From: Eledone cirrhosa
Lineage: Eukaryota
DNA length: 64,000 bases
Reading direction: 5' to 3'
NCBI GenBank assembly: GCA_964016885.1
Contig: OZ024740.1
Span: forward strand, 128,650,001 to 128,714,000
Part shown: in pieces, positions 54,470 through 64,000 of the stretch
Layout: every line of letters starts with the position of its first letter
Numbering within the stretch: the first letter of the stretch is position 1
The notes under the pieces: model-generated
Database searches by the model: none
The model's input: only the letters and a program-made list of their open reading frames with translations
What the model was told of the DNA's origin: nothing
Program-made: the position numbers and the translations under genes

Positions 54470-55968
54470 AAAGAATAAAGTATAAACTCTCTTAGTAAGT
54501 CATTAATGATGATCGAAACTCTAGTCGGGTCATTCATGTTTTTTCAAGCCTTTGTGAAATACGAGGACATTTCAAATACTTAGATTTGTGAGTGTACTAA
54601 TTTCCAAATTAATATAACTTTGGTTGGTTATTGCACTATATTTGTACATATACCTACGAACGGTAACTAATAAAGCAGATTAAATTGGGAATACCCAAAG
54701 AATGATGTTGAGTATATAGCAGATGTTGATAAATGAATTTGATTCTAATTAAAATACGAAACAACTAAAGCAAGAATATCTGTAATACAAGCCGATACAT
54801 CCCATATCCAGAGTTTTCCTACCATTAATCCAGAAACATATTTCGCTAGATTTGTATTCATTTATAGACCGTGCTTAAATTCTGATCGATCAGAACAATT
54901 ATACCCCTAATTGAACTAGGGACGACCCGCAAGTTTGTTGTTCAGCCTAGATCATATGTATAGCTTTCTGAGGATCGCGGTGCTAACAGCTTGAATTGCA
55001 GCTGGTTATTTGTTCACTATGGATCATACTTATATTTTTCGGAGGATCAATGTGTAAGATCTGCGATATGCAACCGGTATGAATCAAGCTTTGTTCCAGC
55101 CAGTAATCTTTACTAAGATCTTTTACCTAACTTGTAACACCTGTAAAATAAAAGGAGTTAGTATGGATTCAGGTTTAATACGGATGTATTTTTAAATATA
55201 GAACAAATGCTATTACAAGCATAAATGCATTTTGAAAAAGGTGGCAACTGTAAACCATTGTTCGGTTTTCTATCACACATGGGAATTATTTGTCTTCTAC
55301 TGTGTGCCGTTATCGTAAGGCATTTGGACTACTAAGTTATTAGATCTTCAACCTATTCTCTCACCCATCTAAGAAGTGTTATGAGCCTGATCAGATTACT
55401 CCCAATAAACCAGAAAAAGTTGTATTTAAAGCATCATGCTTGAGGATATTAGAAGTTAAAGAAATTCCTCCGATATTTTATAATTTATATGAACTACTAT
55501 TCTTTTTTAGAAACAGAATATGACATGTTCTGCAGTAAAATGTTGTTCTAAATGAAAAAAAAATGACTTTCAAAAACATTTGCCGTCGTATATTTGTGAA
55601 GCTCATTACCTTCGGACGTATAGTAAATAACGAAACAAAACGATCAAATTGCGCAGATTTCTCAATTTCCAGTTGCTGTAAAGAATAGCTACTGTCCCAA
55701 TATTGTTTGATTTCTATTAAGGATGTCAGGAGAAATAGGTACAGATTATACAGAAAATACGGGATGAGCTGAAATGTGAGGAGGAATTATATGCACATAC
55801 AACCTCAGAATTAGAAATCATCTAAAGAAGTTTAAAATGAGGCATATATATTCATCTGTCAACCCAACTAACACCCACACACTCTCTCTCTATCTCCCTA
55901 TATATATATATACATGTATGTATATATACATACATATATATATATATGTGTGTGTGGGTGTGTGTATT

Positions 55969-55999
<31 letters not shown>

Positions 56000-56870
56000 G
56001 TGTATAATAGAGAGTACAACACCTGCCCACATAAGAAAATAACAGGAGAGAGTAGTTACTTAGAGTGAATCCGCCCGATAGAAAACAGGGCATTCAATTA
56101 CCTCTGAGTCAAAAACAAAAAGCAAAAACGTTTTTTATTCTCGTTTTTTCATTCTCTCTTTCTTTCTATTATGCAATTATACAACTGATGACGTCACCGG
56201 GTTCATACGTAACCTGTCCACTGAAATGTGCGTAGCATTTGCAATAATAAAATTTAAAGGAATACAACATATCTGGCCTCCTTTCATTTTACCCTATGTA
56301 ACATAGCTTTTGTATTGTTTATTATGATAAATTACCGTGTATTGAGGTGTTTTAACTTTTCCACCTACCTATTTCCAGTTTTTATATTGCTTTTGTAAAA
56401 AACGATATTTTTGTCGTATATATATATAAGTAGATCCCGAGTTGATTCGGGGCACCAAAGAATATCAGGTACTCAAAGCATGTGTAAAGTGAAGACAGTA
56501 ATTTATAAAGAAAAGGCTTCTACAGGACAAAAACTATTTCATTCTTCAGGAATGCCGGTTGAAAGAGGAAGTCATTGATATCATAAGTTTCATAGTGGTT
56601 GGGAATGTTTGTGATGGTGCTGGTGGGACCGTGTTTTGGGGTCAAGTGTACGGTATTTGTGTAGAGTGGTGATGGTGGTGTGGAATCCTCTCTAGCTACT
56701 TATACAATATTTCTCCCACTCGCTTAACCCCACTTTCCACCACCCCATCAGCACCCTACCCAAATATCCTACACTTCTCCTTAAAACATCCCCTACCTGG
56801 GAGATATATAAGAAATAAAGGGCTGTACTACAGCATGGCCTAAGCCGGATGGCTGGAACAGGCAAAAGAG

Positions 56871-56948
<78 letters not shown>

Positions 56949-58132
56949 TGAGTGAGAGAGTGCAAGTGATATGTGTGTGGGTGCATGTGTATGCTTTTAC
57001 CATACATTGTGTTTTCCATATATAAAGGTTCTGGCTGGAGCTCTCATAACGAACGGATCGAAACCGTGTAAAAATTACAAAAGAGAAAAACATCAAAGCT
57101 AAAATTAATGGTTCAGGAAATGTAAATCATTATGGCCATACTTCATCTCAGAAATGTCAACACATAATAACATTTTCTTTAGATCAATGATAAAAAAAGG
57201 ACAATGAAGTATGAGTGAACTAATATAGAAAGAAAACAATCAAATGAAAACCAACATAATTCATAAAATGAAATCAAAAGCTGTCGTTATGTCAGACAGT
57301 ATGATTACGTCTTTTAGAAATGTTGTTTAATTACTTAATTGGTCATCATATCAATTGTTATAGATCTGTAAGTACAGGTAAATAGCTAATAGCTAGACTT
57401 TTATAGCCATAATATTAGTTATATCTTATGGTACACACATGACAATACTTGCAAACAAATACAGGCCGTTCTATTTCATTTTGTAGCCATTATTGTTGTT
57501 TGACTACAGGTTGTTAATGATAGTAAGCGTTGTTGTCTTCTCTTTTGTGAAACGGTTAACTGTGATTTGAATGAAATTTATCTCCTATTCCAGAGACATC
57601 AAATGGTGATATAGAGACATCCACCAATTCATTTTCAATATTATTTTATTTTGATGGTATTATATAACAAAAATCTTACATTTACTTGTATCTGAAATTT
57701 TTGTCTTTGACAATATTCTGTTAATAGTTGAAGGTAAATCATTCTCAATACGGCAGCTCTTGTGGTGTAAGTGTTCATATATCCCATATATGGTATCCAC
57801 AAGATTTCAGGAATAAGATTAGATTCATTTTGACTTATCCGTAAACCAACCACAAACATTGTTTTACAATTGTTTTTTTTCTCACCTGATTGCTGACGAA
57901 TGGTAACTGCTTCAAACGTTTACCACGACTTTTTTTTTTTTATCTACAGCGAAAGTGTAAATTCATCGCACCCCCATTGTGATATATTTGTTTTGTTGTT
58001 GAATCTTAAACGATTTTGACTAGCACTAAAATATGTCGCCACAGGCACCTCCAGAATTACTGGATTTAATTTACAAATAACATATAACTATATATATATG
58101 CCCTAGTTTCTTTATCTAATTGTGCTTTATTA

Positions 58133-58207
58133 CGGGGTCGATAAAATAAAGTACCAGTAATGCTCTGGGTAATTGCTGGCCTTGTGCCAAACGTAGAAAC
58201 AATTATT
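58133..58207 (+). mobile_element. SINE 3' half
   Basis: CGGGGTCGATAAAATAAAGTACCAG...GGCCTTGTGCCAAACGTAGAAACAATTATT. Confidence 0.85.
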
Positions 58208-58957
58208 TTATATTATAGTTAAATATCAATCACATATAGCGATACATAATTGTTGCAATTTAGTACGCTCATGGAAGACCACAAATATATAAAGATTTTG
58301 CTTATTTCCAGATAAGTCCATACCGAAATAGACATTTGATCAAAAGTTCATCTAATCCCTTTTCAAGAAACAATGAAGACGGGAAAACATTAGCTAATGT
58401 GTTGCTTCAAGAGATATTTCGCTGCCACATGTTCGTGTAAAAATATATCTGTTGTTTCAGATTAACCTTTTTTTATAACATTGCTGTAACATAAGAATCC
58501 AGGGCAAATTAGTGGGTTCGAAATTTGAAGAATCTCAGGAAAGACGTGATAACTAGTAGTTCCATTTTTCTAAATTGTAACACTGATCAGATTGCACGAG
58601 TAGCCGTATCTATGACACGTGATATCAGTTCATAAGAACTGTAATAAAATGTTATTTTCCACACACTTACATTTCTATACAAAGTAAGTGCTAATGCGAA
58701 AATTATACTTATCATCGATGTTTATTTTAGCCATTCTACGATAAATAATTTTTTATGGTTTAAACAACGTGCCAAATTTTCTCATGACTCAACAACGTGA
58801 AATTTATGTTTGATCATTTATTGGAACTGAAAGATTGATTTACGCACACGCATATTTAACGCATTTGCACATATATGCATGCAAGCATAGTTAAGCACAT
58901 AATAAACACACAGATGTAGAGAAAAAGAGTCATAGACACCCGCACACACATATATTA

Positions 58958-59041
<84 letters not shown>

Positions 59042-59736
59042 CTCTCTCTCTCTATATATATATATTTATATTTATATTTGTTTGTGTGTCAGTGTGTGTA
59101 TGTTTGTATAATATATAAATATATGAGCGGTAGCTTACGTCGATTTTTCACTTATAACGTTTGAATGCTTCGGAAAGTTAGAGTGCAATAGATTCGGAAA
59201 AAATAAGAGAACATTACTCTGTAATTGATCAATATATTTTTCAATATAATCACCACCTTTGTGAATATGTTTTAGATGAGAATACATGAAAATTTTAAAA
59301 GATTTCTCAATAATAAATGTTGACGTATTTGACTGTTTCCAATCTTCAAATATAACTGTTTCGCTAGATAAAAGTAAGCATTTCAGGAAGCAACTTTTGA
59401 CGAAGCAATGTTAACAGCCATAGTGTCCTATTCATCTACACACGTATGTTGGATAAAAAAAAGGAAAAAATCTGTAACATTTTGGGAGTCATTCACATAC
59501 ACACATGTCTCTATATATGTGCTAAAATTACATTGCAAAAATAAAGCCTGAAATAAAGTCTGAATATTCAAACCTCAAGTCTGGGAAGTTTATTTTCACG
59601 GCAACAGTGGTTGCAGTTCATTAAAGTATATTTGGTTGACAGGATTCACAAAATATTATGAAGTACGCGCGTTTTACGTGAGCAAGTATCTGACATGCTT
59701 ATATATATATATATATATATATGTGGGATATTATTG

Positions 59737-59920
59737 TTTCTACTTTTGGCACAAGGCCAGCAATTACTCAGTGCATTACTGGTACTTTACTTTATCAATC
59801 CCGTAGGATGAATGACAAAATTAACCTCGGCGGGATTTGAACTCAGAATGGCAAGGGCCGTAACTCCATACGCCAAAGCATGGTGTCCGAGCCTCTAGCG
59901 ATACTGCCAATTCACCGCCC
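59737..59920 (-). mobile_element. Full-length SINE with TSD of about 16 bp
   Basis: ATGTGGGATATTATTG at 59721-59736 and 59922-59937. Confidence 0.9.
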
Positions 59921-60029
59921 GATGTGGGATATTATTGACAATGAAGTCATCAATCCTGTAACAAAACATCCAAACTTAACATTACAAGAAACTACTCGGG
60001 AGAACACATGAATATGTATATATATATTT

Positions 60030-61153
60030 AAAAGAATAGAGGTGTAACACACGAGTTATGATATATTGGTAAACGGAAAAGAAAATGCTGACAAATTGTT
60101 CCCAGTGAAAAAATAGTTTAATTAGGAGTAAGTAAAAATTAGTAATAGTATTGGTTAGTATTCAGTTTAGGTTTTAAGTTTTACCGGTTGCGCATTTATG
60201 GATACCGTAGAAAAGGCTGGATTTACTTGTGAAGTCTGTGATGAAGCTGAATTCCTTGTTAGTGAGTCCTTCTTTGCATTGGTTGATCAGAGTTTTTAGG
60301 TTTCTCATAATTTTCTGTTGATTGTAGTGTTCAGCCTTTTCGTAGTATGTTTCGTTTTCCAAAGTGGAGAGTGCTAAGTTGATATAGAATTCTGTCTCCA
60401 TTAGGACTACTGTACTCCCTTTATCAACCTCTTTAATTGTAATGGTTCTGTCGGTTTTTAATCTATTTAATTATTCCCATTCTTTCTTGTTGAGGTTTGG
60501 CTTGTGTATTTGTCTGTGCAAATGTTGGGAAGTTTGTGATGTGTTCACAGAATTCGTCCGGGATTTTATTTCTACCTTTTGATGGGGTGTAATTGCTTCT
60601 ATTTCTGGCTAATGATTCATCCTCATTGTACTGGTCGAATAGTTCTTCACTGAGTCGTAACTTTCTACAGAAGTCTGTGATGTCTTTCTTCATTTCATAG
60701 TAGTCAGGACGTAGTGGGGTCGGTGTGAATTTAAGACCTTTGGAGAGTAAGTTGATACGGTTGGGTGTTGGTACTGCACTAGTTAGATTGATAATTTTTA
60801 TTACTCTCGGTTTCTCCTCCCTGTCTTGTGTTATTTTGTTTGCCTGTATCTGTGTGCTGTGTCTAAAATATGGTTGGGATAGAGGGGTTGTCTGTTGATG
60901 TTAAGTGGTCTCCTGTGTTTGTTATATTCCTTGTTGTTGTAAAATGTGGTTCGGGTTCGTGGTTGTAGATTGAATGGGGTGTTCCTGTATTGCGAGTATG
61001 GATGAGTGTTTCTATGTGCCATGTTGGATTGTGGTGTTATAGGTGGCCTACCTTGTTGGTTGTATCGTGTGGTGTGGGTTTGTTGTGTATTGTGGAAGCG
61101 AGAGTTGAGAAAATGGAAATTACCTTGCTGTCCCCTTGAAGCGGGGAAGTTGT

Positions 61154-61155
<2 letters not shown>
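60030..61155 (-). mobile_element. Internally deleted Penelope-like element (second family) in (TA)n
   Basis: Minus-strand fragments give IINL, LLSKGLKFTPTP, DFCRKLRL, TIKEVDKGSTVVLM and LFYGIHK (PLE RT N-terminus). These join at about 60198 to the terminus homologous to 16895-17329. Confidence 0.85.
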
Positions 61156-61193
<38 letters not shown>

Positions 61194-61317
61194 CGTGCAT
61201 GTGTGTGTTTGCATGTGTGTGCGTGTGTGTGTAGTATGTATTATGTAAATATATAGATATATATATATAAATGGATATATATATATGTATATATATATAT
61301 AAATGCATAAATACTAT

Positions 61318-61375
<58 letters not shown>

Positions 61376-61540
61376 AACAAGCAAATTATAAACGTAAACA
61401 TGTAAGTATGCTTTTGAAACGGTGCAAGAGTTTGAAATTAGAAATTAGAAATATTAAGCTTTCACCGTATTTTGGACTAAAGAAATTTCTAGCCTATAGT
61501 GGGGTTTATAACCCTCGGAGAAATGGAAAAAGATGAGTGT

Positions 61541-61611
61541 TGCCGTACATGGGAGTCGAACCCACATCTTTGGTTATCCAGACCACTGTGCTACCATTAC
61601 ACCAATACACA
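61541..61611 (-). tRNA. tRNA-like sequence (pseudo-tRNA; loop CTGGATA)
   Basis: A box TGGTGTAATGG, D stem GTGT/GCAC, anticodon arm TGGT-CTGGATA-ACCA, T arm GTGGG-TTCGACT-CCCAT, partial acceptor stem, T5 run about 9 nt downstream. Confidence 0.6.
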
Positions 61612-61702
61612 TCCCATCTCCTTCCATTCGAATTAGAAGCTATGAACTTAGGAAGTAAATAGCTAAGTTCATAGCTTCTAATTCGAATGGGAGGAGATGG
61701 GA

Positions 61703-61772
61703 TGTGTATTGGTGTAATGGTAGCACAGTGGTCTGATAACCAAAGATGTGGGTTCGACTCCCATGTACGGCA
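61703..61772 (+). tRNA. tRNA-like sequence, inverted partner (1-nt deletion in anticodon arm)
   Basis: Same A and B boxes (TGGTGTAATGG, GGTTCGACTCC), ends GTACGGCA, followed by CTTTTT. Confidence 0.55.
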
Positions 61773-61902
61773 ACACTCATCTTTTTCCATTTCTCCGAGG
61801 GTTATAAACCCCACTATCAGGCAGAAATTTCTTTAGTCTAAAATACGGTGAAAGCTTAAAATTTCTAATTTCTAATATATATATATATTTATATATACGT
61901 AC

Positions 61903-61954
<52 letters not shown>

Positions 61955-62523
61955 ATTCATATATATATATGATCAGACGAAGCAGTGAGTGTGAATGAAA
62001 TTCATCTATTAACTTGATCACAGCATTTTACTGCCATTTACTTTTCCACTTATGACTAAATGTAAAGTAAAATATTTTCCATCTTTGCATAATAATGTTT
62101 ACCATTTAAAGATACTCACGCTATAATCACCTTGGATGCAAGTACATCAATTTTCTCATCACTTATATTCACCAATAATGAATATAATAGAAAATGCGCT
62201 TTATATTGTTAAAATGCTGGAGGAAGTTGACGAAAACATGTATTCACCAAACAATCTAACTATGAAAATTATCCACAGCTTGTACTAGAAATATGATGTG
62301 TACACATTGAGCAGAGTAACACATACCTGTTTGATCTAGTTTTCCAGACATCATAGTATCTACAATCGCTGGTGCCTCAAAATAAATACAACACCCTTCA
62401 AATATACGTGCATACACACTTCGAATATATTCTCTCTGTCACTTTCAGTAAAATATACATCCTGACACACATTTGCAGATATCAATACATACACATAATG
62501 CTCTCTCTCTGTGTCTCTGTCTC

Positions 62524-62648
<125 letters not shown>

Positions 62649-62744
62649 CTCGCTCTCTCTCTCTCTATCTCTCTCTTTCTCTCTCTCCCTCTCTCTTTCT
62701 CTCTCACTATTCATCGCTCTCTTTCTCTCACACTATCTATCTAT

Positions 62745-63059
62745 CATATGCTTGCAAGCGTAGTTACGTCCGTTTACGATCTGAGTTCAAGTCCCGCCGA
62801 GGTTGATAAAATAAAATACCAGTAATGCACTGGATAATTGGTGGTCTTGTGCCAAAAGTACAAACAATTATATATATGGTGGATTAGCAGTATGGGTAGA
62901 GGGTCGGACGCCATGCTTTGCAGCAAAGAATTCCGTCCCTTTATGGTCTGAGTTCAAATCCCGCCGAGGTTCACTTTGCCTTTCATCATTACGGGTCGAT
63001 AAAATAAAGTACCAGTAATACACTTGGATAATGGCTGGCCTTTTGTAGAAAGTAGAAAG

Positions 63060-63065
<6 letters not shown>
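62745..63065 (+). mobile_element. Two head-to-tail SINE copies (about 62745-62870 and 62878-63065)
   Basis: Both carry GAGTTCAA.TCCCGCCGAGGT and ATAAAATAAA.TACCAGTAAT. The second begins just after the ATTAT tail of the first. Confidence 0.88.
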
Positions 63066-63114
<49 letters not shown>

Positions 63115-63587
63115 CATAATACTACGATAGAATGGGTATCTATACCTAACAAGTACATCTTTGCTTCTGATGATAGTCTACTTTGATCGGGAAATCGATT
63201 AAAATATTTATCATCTTTCCGATTTACAAGGAAATTCGTATTTTATAGGATGTTGTATGTCCATATATTAGATATGTGTATATACTGTAAGTATATACAA
63301 GTTGGTGCGGCCGCAGTTTCATACGATGTATTTGTACTTATATGACGTTATCATACAATTTGGCTGCTAGTGCACCTCATATATGTATTTATAATGACAG
63401 AGAGTCTGTGGTGCTAGAGTGGGAGCCACTAATCATGAGAGTACTCATACAGGGGTAGATGTAGAGTGGGTATAGAAATATAGAAATATGTGAAAATCCG
63501 ATATCGGTGCAGAAAGCGATCGGTGCCGGGGTCGGAGTTTTAGATGTCTCTCTATCTCACACACCTACTCTCTCCCACCCTGTTTCC

Positions 63588-63735
<148 letters not shown>

Positions 63736-64000
63736 GTTTATCTATGTATCTATCTATCTATCTATCTTTCTATTTTTCCTTTATTTTTTTCTCTTTTTTC
63801 TGGGTTAGAAAATGTTTAAAACAAACATTTTTACTTTGTGTGAAGTGTTAAGGTATTAGTTAATTAATTTATTTATTAACAATATCACTTATTTATTTAT
63901 TTATTTAATTATATATTTAATCATTTTCTACTACCGGTTTCAGCATTTTATGCATTATCAAAGGGGGAATGTAGGAGAGAAGATAAGGTCATGTTGAACA

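Larger units (their letters stand above)
61376..61876 (-). mobile_element. Foldback element with a tRNA-like unit in each arm, in (TA)n
   Basis: Arms of about 215 bp (61437-61651 and 61663-61876), an 11-nt loop and an unpaired tail of about 60 nt on the left. Confidence 0.88.

Noticed and set aside
61541-61772. Functional cytoplasmic tRNA genes
   Set aside because: The acceptor stem is only partly paired, the two copies differ in the anticodon arm, and both are embedded in a dispersed repeat.

Overview
AT-rich, microsatellite-saturated eukaryotic DNA. The SINE/LINE content and composition suggest an invertebrate, probably an octopus/cephalopod (inference). No host protein-coding gene could be confidently identified, and almost all short ORFs in the track are microsatellite translations. 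The recognisable content is mobile DNA: a decayed Chapaev3-like DNA transposon (1-1068), a near full-length decayed Penelope-like element (PLE, 9215-12603), an internally deleted second PLE (60030-61155), a decayed R4/Dong-type RLE LINE plus a 3' fragment, an apparently intact two-ORF L1/Tx1-clade LINE (38516-44545), RTE fragments and about a dozen tRNA-type SINEs. The most striking unexplained structure is a set of about 11 asymmetric foldback (hairpin) mini-elements, mostly sitting in (TA)n tracts. Their sequences are unrelated but they share an architecture: inverted arm, sense arm, then a short unpaired tail. Several carry hammerhead-ribozyme cores, some non-canonical, and several share a TGAGY(A/G)CY tail motif about 15-30 nt past the inversion point. 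Two are demonstrably PLE termini and one carries a complete tRNA-like Pol III unit in each arm. A parallel (TTA)n-targeting set (R4, Tx1 and SINE) forms a nested array at 33.4-44.6 kb. All alignments and folds were done by eye and coordinates are approximate to a few bases.
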